DNA of 40,925 nt, taken from Nemertoderma westbladi (lineage: Eukaryota > Animalia > Xenacoelomorpha). A program made the position numbers and the translations under genes. Below the pieces are notes generated by a model. That model ran no database searches, was not told the origin of the DNA, and was given only the letters and a program-made list of their open reading frames with translations. Positions 21,101 through 34,563 of this stretch are shown one piece after another; the stretch's first letter is position 1; each line of letters starts with the position of its first letter. Location of the stretch: contig JAUCBJ010004983.1 of the NCBI GenBank assembly GCA_032718475.1, forward strand, positions 1 through 40,925, in the 5' to 3' direction.

Positions 21101-24100
21101 GTATACTTACTCACACATTTATTTAACAGAGGCTGGTAGGCTTACTCACATATTTATTTTACAAAGGCTGGTAGGCTTACTCACACATTTATTTAACAAA
21201 GGCTGGTAGGCTTACTCACACATTTATTTAACAATTTCTGGTAGGCTTACTCACACATTTAATTAACAATGGCTGGTAGGCTTACTCACACATTTATTTA
21301 ACACGGCTGGTAGGCTTACTCACACATTTATTTAACAAAGGCTGGTAGGCTTACTCACACATTTAATTAACAAAGGCTGGTATGCTTACTCACACATTTA
21401 TTTAACAAAGGCTGGTAGGCTTACTCACACATTTATTTAACAAAGGCTGGTAGGCTTACTCACACATTTATTTAACAAAGGATGGTAGGCTTACTCACAC
21501 ATTTATTTAACAAGGTTGGTAGGCTTACTCACACATTTATTTAACAAAGGATGGTAGGCTTACTCAAACATTTATTTAACAAAGGATGGTAGGCTTACTC
21601 AAACATTTATTTTACAAAGGCTGGTAGACTTACTGACACATTTATTTAACAAGGCCTCACACATTTATTTAACAAAGGCTGGTAGGCTTACTCACACATT
21701 TATTTAACAAAGGGTCGTAGGCTTACTCACACATTTATTTAACAAAGGCTGGTAGGCTTACTCACACATTTATTTAACAAAGGATGGTAGGCTTACTCAC
21801 ACATTTATTTAACAAGGTTGGTAGGCTTACTCACACATTTATTTAACAAAGGATGGTAGGCTTACTCAAACATTTATTTAACAAAGGATGGTAGGCTTAC
21901 TCACACATTTATTTAACAAGATTGGTAGGCTTACTCACACATTTATTTAACAAGGCTGGTAGGCTTACTCACACATTTATTTAACAAAGGCTGGTAGGCT
22001 TACTCACACATTTATTTAACAAAGGATGGTAGGCTTACTCACACATTTATTTAACAAGGTTGGTTGGCTTACTCACACATTTATTTAACAAAGGATGGTA
22101 GGCTTACTCAAACATTTATTTAACAAAGGATGGTAGGCTTACTCACACATTTATATAACAAGGTTGGTAGGCTTACTCACACATTTATTTAACAAAGGCT
22201 GGTAGGCTTACTCACACATTTATTTAACAAAGGCTTGTAGGCTTACTCACACATTTATTTAACAAAGGCTGGTAGGCTTACTCACACATTTATTTAACAA
22301 AGGCTGGTAGGCTTACTCACACATTTATTTAACAAAGGATGGTAGGCTTACTCACCCATTTATTTAACAAGGTTGGTAGGCTTACTCACACATTTATTTA
22401 ACAAAGGATGGTAGGCTTACTCAAACATTTATTTAACAAAGGATGGTAGGCTTACTCACACATTTATTTTACAAAGGCTGGTAGACTTACTCACACATTT
22501 ATTTAACAAGGCCGGTAGGCTTACTCACACATTTATTTAACAAAGGCTGGTAGGCTTACTCACACATTTATTTAACAAAGGCTGGTAGGCTTACTCACAC
22601 ATTTATTTAACAAAGGCTCGTAGGCTTACTCACACATTTATTTAACAAAGGCTGGTAGGCTTACTCACACATTTATTTAACAAAGGATGGTAGGCTTACT
22701 CACACATTTATTTAACAAGGTTGGTAGGCTTACTCACACATTTATTTAACAAAGGATGGTAGGCTTACTCAAACATTTATTTAACAAAGGATGGTAGGCT
22801 TACTCACACATTTATTTAAAAAGGTTGGTAGGCTTACTCACACATTTATTTAACAAGGCTGGTAGGCTTTCTCACACATTTAATTAACAAGGTTGGTAGG
22901 CTTGCTCACACATTTATTTAACAAGGCTGGTAGGCTTACTCACACATTTATTTAACAAAGGCTGGTAGGCTTACTCACACATTTATTTAATAAGGCTGGT
23001 AGGCTTACTCACACATTTATTTAACAAAGGCTGGTAGGCTTACTCACACATTTATTTAACAAAGGATGGTAGGCTTACTCACACATTTATTTAACAAGGT
23101 TGCTAGGCTTACTCACACATTTATTTAACAAAGGATGGTAGGCTTACTTAAACATTTATTTAACAAAGGATGGTAGGCTTACTCACACATTTATTTAACA
23201 GAGGCTGGTAGGCTTACTCACACATTTATTTAACAAGGCTGGTAGGCTTACTCACACATTTATTTAACAGAGGCTGGTAGGCTTACTAACACATTTATTT
23301 AACAAGGCTGGTAGGCTTACTCACACATTTATTTAACAGAGGCTGGTAGGCTTACTCACACATTTATTTTACAAAGGCTGGTAGGCTTACTCACACATTT
23401 ATTTTACAAAGGCTGGTAGACTTACTCACACATTTATTTAACAAGGCTGGTAGGCTTACTCACACATTTATTTAACAAAGGCTGGTAGGCTTACTCACAC
23501 ATTTATTTAATTAGGTTGGTAGGCTTACTCACACATTTATTTTACAAAGGTTGGTAGACTTACTCACACATTTATTTAACAAGGCTGGTAGGCTTACTCA
23601 CACATTTATTTAACAGAGGCTGGTAGGCTTACTCACACATTTATTTTACAAAGGCTGGTAGGCTTACTCACACATTTATTTAACAAAGGCTGGTAGGCTT
23701 ACTCACACTTTTATATAACAAGGCTGGTAGGCTTACTCACACATTTATTTAACAGAGGCTGGTAGGCTTACTCACACATTTATTTTACAAAGGCTGGTAG
23801 GCTTACTCACACATTTATTTAACATAGGCTGGTAGGCTTACTCACACATTTATTTAACAAAGGCTGGTAGGCTTACTAACACATTTATTTAACAAAGGCT
23901 GGTAGGCTTACTCACACATTTATTTAACAAAGGATGGTAGGCTTACTCACACATTTATTTAACAAGGTTGGTAGGCTTACTCACACATTTATTTAACAAA
24001 GGATGGTAGGCTTACTCAAACATTTATTTAACAAAGGATGGTAGGCTTACTCACACATTTATTTAAAAAGGTTGGTAGGCTTACTCACACATTTATTTAA

Positions 24101-27100
24101 CAAGGCTGGTAGGCTTTCTCACACATTTAATTAACAAGGTTGGTAGGCTTGCTCACACATTTATTTAACAAGGCTGGTAGGCTTACTCACACATTTATTT
24201 AACAAAGGCTGGTAGGCTTACTCACACATTTATTTAATAAGGCTGGTAGGCTTACTCACACATTTATTTAACAAAGGCTGGTAGGCTTACTCACACATTT
24301 ATTTAACAAAGGATGGTAGGCTTACTCACACATTTATTTAACAAGGTTGCTAGGCTTACTCACACATTTATTTAACAAAGGATGGTAGGCTTACTTAAAC
24401 ATTTATTTAACAAAGGATGGTAGGCTTACTCACACATTTATTTAACAGAGGCTGGTAGGCTTACTCACACATTTATTTAACAAGGCTGGTAGGCTTACTC
24501 ACACATTTATTTAACAGAGGCTGGTAGGCTTACTAACACATTTATTTAACAAGGCTGGTAGGCTTACTCACACATTTATTTAACAGAGGCTGGTAGGCTT
24601 ACTCACACATTTATTTTACAAAGGCTGGTAGGCTTACTCACACATTTATTTTACAAAGGCTGGTAGACTTACTCACACATTTATTTAACAAGGCTGGTAG
24701 GCTTACTCACACATTTATTTAACAAAGGCTGGTAGGCTTACTCACACATTTATTTAATTAGGTTGGTAGGCTTACTCACACATTTATTTTACAAAGGTTG
24801 GTAGACTTACTCACACATTTATTTAACAAGGCTGGTAGGCTTACTCACACATTTATTTAACAGAGGCTGGTAGGCTTACTCACACATTTATTTTACAAAG
24901 GCTGGTAGGCTTACTCACACATTTATTTAACAAAGGCTGGTAGGCTTACTCACACTTTTATATAACAAGGCTGGTAGGCTTACTCACACATTTATTTAAC
25001 AGAGGCTGGTAGGCTTACTCACACATTTATTTTACAAAGGCTGGTAGGCTTACTCACACATTTATTTAACATAGGCTGGTAGGCTTACTCACACATTTAT
25101 TTAACAAAGGCTGGTAGGCTTACTAACACATTTATTTAACAAAGGCTGGTAGGCTTACTCACACATTTATTTAACAAGGCTGGTAGGCTTACTCACACAT
25201 TTATTTAACAGAGGCTGGTAGGCTTACTCACACATTTATTTTACAAAGGCTGGTAGACTTACTCAGACATTTATTTAACACGGCTGGTAGGCTTACTCAC
25301 ACATTTATTTAACAAAGGCTGGCAGGCTTACTCACACATTTATTTAACAAAGGCTGGTAGGCTTACTCACACATTTATTTAACAAAGGCTGGTAGGCTTA
25401 CTCACACATTTATTTAACAAAGGATGGTAGGCTTACTCGCACATTTATTTAACAAGGTTGGTAGGCTTGCTCACACATTTATTTAACAAAGGATGGTATG
25501 CTTACTCACACATTTAATTAACAGAGGCTGGTAAGCTTACTCACACATTTATTTTACAAAGGCTGGTAGGCTTACTCACACATTTATTTTACAAAGGCTG
25601 GTAGGCTCACTCACACATTTATTTTACAAAGGCTGGTAGGTTTACTCACACATTTATTTAACAAGGCTGGTAGGCTTACTCACACATTTATTTAATAAGG
25701 CTGGTAGGCTTACTCACACATCTATTTAACAAAGGCTGGTAGGCTTACTCACACATTTATTTAACAAAGGCTGGTAGGCTTACTCACACATCTATTTAAC
25801 AAAGGCTGCTAGGCTTACTCACACATTTATTTAACAAAGGCTGGTAGGCTTACTCACACATTTATTTAACAAAGGCTGGTAGGCTTACTCACACATTTAT
25901 TTAACAAAGGCCGGTAGGCTTACTCACACATTTATTTAACAAGGCTGGTAGGCTTACTCACACATTTATTTAACAGAGGCTGGTAGGCTTACTTACACAT
26001 TTATTTAACAAAGGATGGTAGGCTTACTCACACATTTATTTAACAAAGGCTGGTAGGCTTACTCACACATTTATTTAACAAAGGCTGGTAGGCTTACTCA
26101 CACATTTATTTAACAGAGGCTGGTAGGCTTACTCACACATTGATTTTACAAACGCTGATAGACTTACTCACACATTTATTTAACAAGGCTGGTAGGCTTT
26201 CTCACACATTTATTTAACAATGGATGGTAGGCTTACTCACACATTTATTTAATAAGGTTGGTAGGCTTACTCACACATTTATTTTACAAAGGCTGGTATA
26301 CTTACTCACACATTTATTTAACAAGGCTGGTAGGCTTACTCACACATTTATTTAACAGTGGCTGGTAGGCTTACTCACACATTTATTTTACAAAGGCTGG
26401 TAGGCTTACTCACACATTTATTTAACAAAGGCTGGTAGGCTTACTCACACATTTATTTAACAAGGCTGGTAGGTTTACTCACACATTTATTTAACAGAGG
26501 CTGGTAGGCTTACTCACATATTTATTTTACAAAGGCTGGTAGGCTTACTCACACATTTATTTAACAAAGGCTGGTAGGCTTACTCACACATTTATTTAAC
26601 AAGGTCTGGTAGGCTTACTCACACATTTATTTAACAATGGCTGGTAGGCTTACTCACACATTTATTTAACAAGGCTGGTAGGCTTACTCACACATTTATT
26701 TAACAGAGGCTGGTAGGCTTACTCACACATTTATTTTATAAAGGGTGGAAGACTTACTCACACATTTATTTAACACGGCTGGTAGGCTTACTCACACACT
26801 TATTTAACAAAGGCTGGTAGGCTTACTCACACATTTAATTAACAAAGGCTGGTAGGCTTACTCACACATTTATTTAACAAAGGCTGGTAGGCTTACTCAC
26901 ACATTTATTTAACAAAGGCTGGTAGGCTTACTCACACATTTATTTAACAAAGGATGGTAAGCTTACTCACACATTTATTTAACAAGGTTGGTAGGCTTAC
27001 TCACACATTTATTTAACAAAGGATGGTAGGCTTACTCAAACATTTATTTAACAAAGGATGGTAGGCTTACTCACACATTTATTTTACAAAGGCTGGTAGA

Positions 27101-30100
27101 CTTACTCACACATTTATTTAACAAGGCCGGTAGGCTTACTCATACATTTATTTAACAAAGGCTGGTAGGCTTACTCACACATTTATTTAACAAAGGCTGG
27201 TAGGCTTACTCACACATTTATTTAACAAAGGCTCGTAGGCTTACTCACACATTTATTTAACAAAGGCTGGTAGGCTTACTCACACATTTATTTAACAAAG
27301 GATGGTAGGCTTACTCACACATTTATTTAACAAGGTTGGTAGGCTTACTCACACATTTATTTAACAAAGGATGGTAGGCTTACTCAAACATTTATTTAAC
27401 AAAGGATGGTAGGCTTACTCACACATTTATTTAACAAGGTTGGTAGGCTTACTCACACATTTATTTAACAAGGCTGGTAGGCTTACTCACACATTTAATT
27501 AACAAGGTTGGTAGGCTTGCTCACACATTTATTTAACAAAGGCTGGTAGGCTTACTCACACATTTATTTAACAAAGGCTGGTAGGCTTACTCACACATTT
27601 ATTTAATTAGGTTGGTAGGCTTACTCACACATTTATTTTACAAAGGTTGGTAGACTTACTCACACATTTATTTAACAAGGCTGGTAGGCTTACTCACACA
27701 TTTATTTAACAGAGGCTGGTAGGCTTACTCACACATTTATTTTACAAAGGCTGGTAGGCTTACTCACACATTTATTTAACAAAGGCTGGTAGGCTTACTC
27801 ACACTTTTATATAACAAGGCTGGTAGGCTTACTCACACATTTATTTAACAGAGGCTGGTAGGCTTACTCACACATTTATTTTACAAAGGCTGGTAGGCTT
27901 ACTCACACATTTATTTAACATAGGCTGGTAGGCTTACTCACACATTTATTTAACAAAGGCTGGTAGGCTTACTAACACATTTATTTAACAAAGGCTGGTA
28001 GGCTTACTCACACATTTATTTAACAAGGCTGGTAGGCTTACTCACACATTTATTTAACAGAGGCTGGTAGGCTTACTCACACATTTATTTTACAAAGGCT
28101 GGTAGACTTACTCAGACATTTATTTAACACGGCTGGTAGGCTTACTCACACATTTATTTAACAAAGGCTGGCAGGCTTACTCACACATTTATTTAACAAA
28201 GGCTGGTAGGCTTACTCACACATTTATTTAACAAAGGCTGGTAGGCTTACTCACACATTTATTTAACAAAGGATGGTAGGCTTACTCGCACATTTATTTA
28301 ACAAGGTTGGTAGGCTTGCTCACACATTTATTTAACAAAGGATGGTATGCTTACTCACACATTTAATTAACAGAGGCTGGTAAGCTTACTCACACATTTA
28401 TTTTACAAAGGCTGGTAGGCTTACTCACACATTTATTTTACAAAGGCTGGTAGGCTCACTCACACATTTATTTAACAAAGGCTGGTAGGTTTACTCACAC
28501 ATTTATTTAACAAGGCTGGTAGGCTTACTCACACATTTATTTAATAAGGCTGGTAGGCTTACTCACACATCTATTTAACAAAGGCTGGTAGGCTTACTCA
28601 CACATTTATTTAACAAAGGCTGGTAGGCTTACTCACACATCTATTTAACAAAGGCTGCTAGGCTTACTCACACATTTATTTAACAAAGGCTGGTAGGCTT
28701 ACTCACACATTTATTTAACAAAGGCTGGTAGGCTTACTCACACATTTATTTAACAAAGGCCGGTAGGCTTACTCACACATTTATTTAACAAGGCTGGTAG
28801 GCTTACTCACACATTTATTTAACAGAGGCTGGTAGGCTTACTTACACATTTATTTAACAAAGGATGGTAGGCTTACTCACACATTTATTTAACAAAGGCT
28901 GGTAGGCTTACTCACACATTTATTTAACAAAGGCTGGTAGGCTTACTCACACATTTATTTAACAGAGGCTGGTAGGCTTACTCACACATTGATTTTACAA
29001 ACGCTGATAGACTTACTCACACATTTATTTAACAAGGCTGGTAGGCTTTCTCACACATTTATTTAACAGTGGCTGGTAGGCTTACTCACACATTTATTTT
29101 ACAAAGGCTGGTAGGCTTACTCACACATTTATTTAACAAAGGCTGGTAGGCTTACTCACACATTTATTTAACAAGGCTGGTAGGTTTACTCACACATTTA
29201 TTTAACAGAGGCTGGTAGGCTTACTCACATATTTATTTTACAAAGGCTGGTAGGCTTACTCACACATTTATTTAACAAAGGCTGGTAGGCTTACTCACAC
29301 ATTTATTTAACAAGGTCTGGTAGGCTTACTCACACATTTATTTAACAATGGCTGGTAGGCTTACTCACACATTTATTTAACAAGGCTGGTAGGCTTACTC
29401 ACACATTTATTTAACAGAGGCTGGTAGGCTTACTCACACATTTATTTTATAAAGGGTGGAAGACTTACTCACACATTTATTTAACACGGCTGGTAGGCTT
29501 ACTCACACACTTATTTAACAAAGGCTGGTAGGCTTACTCACACATTTAATTAACAAAGGCTGGTAGGCTTACTCACACATTTATTTAACAAAGGCTGGTA
29601 GGCTTACTCACACATTTATTTAACAAAGGCTGGTAGGCTTACTCACACATTTATTTAACAGTGGCTGGTAGGCTTACTCACACATTTATTTTACAAAGGC
29701 TGGTAGGCTTACTCACACATTTATTTAACAAAGGATGGTAGGCTTACTCAAACATTTATTTAACAAAGGATGGTAGGCTTACTCACACATTTATTTTACA
29801 AAGGCTGGTAGACTTACTCACACATTTATTTAACAAGGCCGGTAGGCTTACTCATACATTTATTTAACAAAGGCTGGTAGGCTTACTCACACATTTATTT
29901 AACAAAGGCTGGTAGGCTTACTCACACATTTATTTAACAAAGGCTCGTAGGCTTACTCACACATTTATTTAACAAAGGCTGGTAGGCTTACTCACACATT
30001 TATTTAACAAAGGATGGTAGGCTTACTCACACATTTATTTAACAAGGTTGGTAGGCTTACTCACACATTTATTTAACAAAGGATGGTAGGCTTACTCAAA

Positions 30101-32984
30101 CATTTATTTAACAAAGGATGGTAGGCTTACTCACACATTTATTTAACAAGGTTGGTAGGCTTACTCACACATTTATTTAACAAGGCTGGTAGGCTTACTC
30201 ACACATTTAATTAACAAGGTTGGTAGGCTTGCTCACACATTTATTTAACAAGGCTGGTAGGCTTACTCACACATTTATTTAACAAAGGCTGGTAGGCTTA
30301 CTCACACATTTATTTAATAAGGCTGGTAGGCTTACTCACACATTTATTTAACAAAGGCTGGATGGCTTACTCACACATTTATTTAACAAAGGATGGTAGG
30401 CTTACTCACACATTTATTTAACAAGGTTGGTAGGCTTACTCACACATTTATTTAACATAGGATGGTAGGCTTACTCAAACATTTATTTAACAAAGGATGG
30501 TAGGCTTACTCACACATTTATTTAACAGAGGCTGGTAGGCTTACTCACACATTTATTTAACAAGGCTGGTAGGCTTACTCACACATTTATTTAACAGAGG
30601 CTGGTAGGCTTACTCACACATTTATTTAACAAGGCTGGTAGGCTTACTCACACATTTATTTAACAGAGGCTGGTAGGCTTACTCACACATTTATTTTACA
30701 AAGGCTGGTAGGCTTACTCACACATTTATTTAACAAAGGCTGGTAGGCTTACTCACACATTTATTTAACAAAGGCTGGTAGGCATACTCACACATTTATT
30801 TAACAGAGGCTGGTAGGCTTACTCACACATTTATTTAACAAAGGATGGTAGGCTTACTCACACATTTATTTAACAAAGGCTGGTAGGCTTACTCACACAT
30901 TTATTTAACAAGGCTGGTAGGCTTACTCACACATTTAATTAACAAGGTTGGTAGGCTTGCTCACACATTTATTTAACAAGGCTGGTAGGCTTACTCACAC
31001 ATTTATTTAACAAAGGCTGGTAGGCTTACTCACACATTTATTTAATAAGGCTGGTAGGCTTACTCACACATTTATTTAACAAAGGCTGGATGGCTTACTC
31101 ACACATTTATTTAACAAAGGATGGTAGGCTTACTCACACATTTATTTAACAAGGTTGGTAGGCTTACTCACACATTTATTTAACATAGGATGGTAGGCTT
31201 ACTCAAACATTTATTTAACAAAGGATGGTAGGCTTACTCACACATTTATTTAACAGAGGCTGGTAGGCTTACTCACACATTTATTTAACAAGGCTGGTAG
31301 GCTTACTCACACATTTATTTAACAGAGGCTGGTAGGCTTACTCACACATTTATTTAACAAGGCTGGTAGGCTTACTCACACATTTATTTAACAGAGGCTG
31401 GTAGGCTTACTCACACATTTATTTTACAAAGGCTGGTAGGCTTACTCACACATTTATTTAACAAAGGCTGGTAGGCTTACTCACACATTTATTTAACAAA
31501 GGCTGGTAGGCATACTCACACATTTATTTAACAGAGGCTGGTAGGCTTACTCACACATTTATTTAACAAAGGATGGTAGGCTTACTCACACATTTATTTA
31601 ACAAGGTTGGTAGGCTTACTCACACATTTATTTAACAAAGGATGGTAGGCTTACTCAAACATTTATTTAACAAAGGATGGTAGGCTTACTCACACATTTA
31701 TTTAACAAGGTTGGTAGGCTTACTCACACATTTATTTAACAAAGGCTGGTAGGCTTACTCACACATTTATTTAACAAAGGCTGGTAGGCTTACTCACACA
31801 TTTATTTAACAATGGATGGTAGGCTTACTCACACATTTATTTAATAAGGTTGGTAGGCTTACTCACACATTTATTTTACAAAGGCTGGTATACTTACTCA
31901 CACATTTATTTAACAAGGCTGGTAGGCTTACTCACACATTTATTTAACAGAGGCTGGTAGGCTTACTCACACATTTATTTTACAAAGGCTGGTATTCTTA
32001 CTCACACATTTATTTAACAAAGGCTGGTAGGCTTACTCACACATTTATTTAACAAGGCTGGTAGGTTTACTCACACATTTATTTAACAGAGGCTGGTAGG
32101 CTTGCTCACATATTTATTTTACAAAGGCTGGTAGGCTTACTCACACATTTATTTAACAAAGGCTGGTAGGCTTACTCACACATTTATTTAACAATGTCAG
32201 GTAGGCTTACTCACACATTTATTTAACAATGGCTGGTAGGCTTACTCACACATTTATTTAACAAGGCTGGTAGGCTTACTCACACATTTATTTAACAGAG
32301 GCTGGTAGGCTTACTCACACATTTATTTTACAAAGGGTGGAAGACTTACTCACACATTTATTTAACAAGGCTGGTAGGCTTACTCACACATTTATTTAAC
32401 AAAGGCTGGTAGGCTTACTCACACATTTATTTAACAAGGTTGGTAGGCTTACTCACACATTTATTTAACAAAGGATGGTAGGCTTACTCAAACATTTATT
32501 TAACAAAGGATGGTAGGCTTACTCACACATTTATTTTACAAAGGCTGGTAGACATACTCACACATTTATTTAACAAGGCCGGTAGGCTTACTCACACATT
32601 TATTTAACAAAGGCTGGTAGGCTTACTCACACATTTATTTAACAAAGGCTGGTAGGCTTACTCACACATTTATTTAACAAAGGCTCGTAGGCTTACTCAC
32701 ACATTTATTTAACAAAGGCTGGTAGGCTTACTCACACATTTATTTAACAAAGGATGGTAGGCTTACTCACACATCTATTTAACAAGGTTGGTAGGCTTAC
32801 TCACACATTTATTTAACAAAGGATGGTAGGCTTACTCAAACATTTATTTAACAAAGGATGGTAGGCTTACTCACACATTTATTTAACAAGGCTGGTAGGC
32901 TTACTCACACATTTAATTAACAAGGTTGGTAGGCTTGCTCACACATTTATTTAACAAGGCTGGTAGGCTTACTCACACATTTAT
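9134..32984. repeat. Satellite array, 34/35-bp unit, about 23.85 kb, roughly 690 copies, with higher-order duplications
   Basis: Consensus GGTAGGCTTACTCACACATTTATTTAACAA(A)GGCT, head to tail with no unique spacers; copy number estimated as length divided by about 34.7. Confidence 0.99.
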
Positions 32985-33004
32985 ACATTCTCAGACGTTG
33001 ACAG

Positions 33005-33794
33005 TTTGGTTAGAAAATCCCGCGTCTGTAATCTGCCCCTTTCCCTCAATTAGCTAAATGATCGTTTATTGTTTTGGTTAGATAATCCCGCCTCTGTAAC
33101 CTGCTCCTTTCCCTCAATTGGTAATGTTATCGTTTATTGTTTTGGTTAGAAAATCCCGTCTCTGTAACCTGCTCCTTTCCCTGATTTGGTAAAGTGACTG
33201 TTTATTGTTTTGGTTAGAAAATCCCGCCTCTGTAACCTGCTCCTTTCCCTCAATTAGTTTAAGTGATCGTTTATTGTTTTGGTTAGGAAATCCCGCCTCT
33301 GTAACCTGCTCCTTTCCCTCAATTGGTAATGTTATCGTTTATTGTTTTGGTTAGAAAATCCCGTCTCTGTAACCTGCTCCTTTCCCTGATTTGGTAAAGT
33401 GACTGTTTATTGTTTTGGTTAGAAAACTCGGCCTTAACCTGCTCCTTTCCATCAATTGGTAATTGTTTTTGGCTATAAAATGAGTGTTTTGCTACGTCAT
33501 GTGGTAATCGATTATCGACAACAACCACAAACTATTATAGAGTCTTTTTACCACAGGCGCATATGGAAATCTATCTCATAATTTATAAATCATGGAATCA
33601 TGGAATGTTTTGGCACAGGCATAGTGAAATCAACTGTCTGACAGTCCAGAAATCAGCAGTCTGACAGTTTGAAGAAATACATACATAAAAATTGACAATA
33701 AAAGTCATTAAATGGACAACAAAAGTCATTATGCATAATTCGTAAAAAAAATTGACAAAAAAAGTCAAATAAATTGACATAAAAAATCACTGCC
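33005..33794 (-). mobile_element. Interspersed repeat, copy 2 (inverted homologue of 2009-3051) with about 6.5 68-bp subrepeats
   Basis: Ends AAAAAATCACTGCC; subrepeat TTTTGGTTAGAAAATCCCGCCTCTGTAACCTGCTCCTTTCC. Confidence 0.85.
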
Positions 33795-34176
33795 TTTAAA
33801 TTAAATGGCGGTTTTCCATATCCTCCAAAATAAATTACCTGATCAGAGTTCCCCGATCAGCTGTTCGGTTAGGCCTGTACCTGTTACTAGTCCAGCAATC
33901 TGCCTGTCAGCAGGTCAGCCTGTTCCAGTACTGCAGTAGGCCTAGTGCTGGTAGAGACATGTACAGACTGACAGACTGTACATTGTACAGGCAGACAGCT
34001 GTAGGCATTTACCGGCAATTACCGGGCACAGTGTAGAGTATATTACCAATGTACTGATGTAGGCCTACTCAGCTACCGGTACTGTACTGCTGTAGAACTA
34101 AACAACTCTCCATGGTTACAGGATAATGAGAAGTAATTAATTTTGGAGGATATGGAAAACCGCCATTTAATTTAAA
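33795..34176. mobile_element. MITE (382 bp including terminal TTTAAA) with 37-bp perfect terminal inverted repeats
   Basis: TTTAAATTAAATGGCGGTTTTCCATATCCTCCAAAAT and its exact reverse complement ending at 34176; similarity extends to about 46 bp. Confidence 0.92.
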
Positions 34177-34259
34177 TATGTAATTGACATCTTACAGTTG
34201 TATGATTAAATCTGGTACTTTCCCAAGTGTGTTATTTTTTGGTGTAGATTTTAATTACG

Positions 34260-34331
34260 GCTGTGTTCGCCTATGTTCCGCCTGTATTCTATTGTGTTCT
34301 GCTGTGTTCTACTGTGTTCTGCTGTGTTCTG
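34260..34331 (+). repeat. 10-bp minisatellite (CTGTGTTCTG-like), about 7 copies
   Basis: Read directly from the sequence. Confidence 0.8.
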
Positions 34332-34391
34332 TAAAAAGATATATCCCATAATAAGTAATTTAATAAATTTGCAACGATCGCGTATGCACAT

Positions 34392-34563
34392 CCCCTAGCC
34401 AACAGCAAAGATCTGGTATATTCATAGTTAATCTGTAATGTTCTTACATGATCAGTGACTCCCTGCAAAGATCTGGGATGTACCTAGAGAATCTGTAAGG
34501 ATCTTAGACGATCAGTGCCTCCCCTGCAAAGATCAGAATCTGAAGTGGCAAGATCTTACAAAG
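34392..34563. repeat. Left part of an AGATCT-rich element with 60/61-bp subrepeats, interrupted by the CR1 and resuming at about 36136-36191
   Basis: CAAAGATC occurs at 34406, 34466 and 34527; similar AAGATCT-containing sequence follows the CR1; weak terminal inverted similarity (CCTAG..CAACA.GC.AA.ATCTG). Confidence 0.5.

Noticed and set aside
9134-32984. CRISPR array (repeat length about 35 bp)
   Set aside because: Units are head to tail with no unique spacers, there are no cas genes and the context is eukaryotic.
9134-32984. Plus-strand mini-introns GTAGGCTTACTCAC...TTTAACAG in each unit
   Set aside because: They would be only 29-31 nt with 4-6-nt exons, below normal metazoan intron size, and no plus-strand host gene is evident.
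9134-32984. Repetitive protein-coding region
   Set aside because: Mixed 34/35-bp units and frequent stops; no ORF of 60 aa or more in the track.
34259-34328. Minus-strand exon for the FReD gene (tttttacAG...GTAATT)
   Set aside because: About 70 nt, not phase-symmetric, and made of a 10-bp minisatellite.
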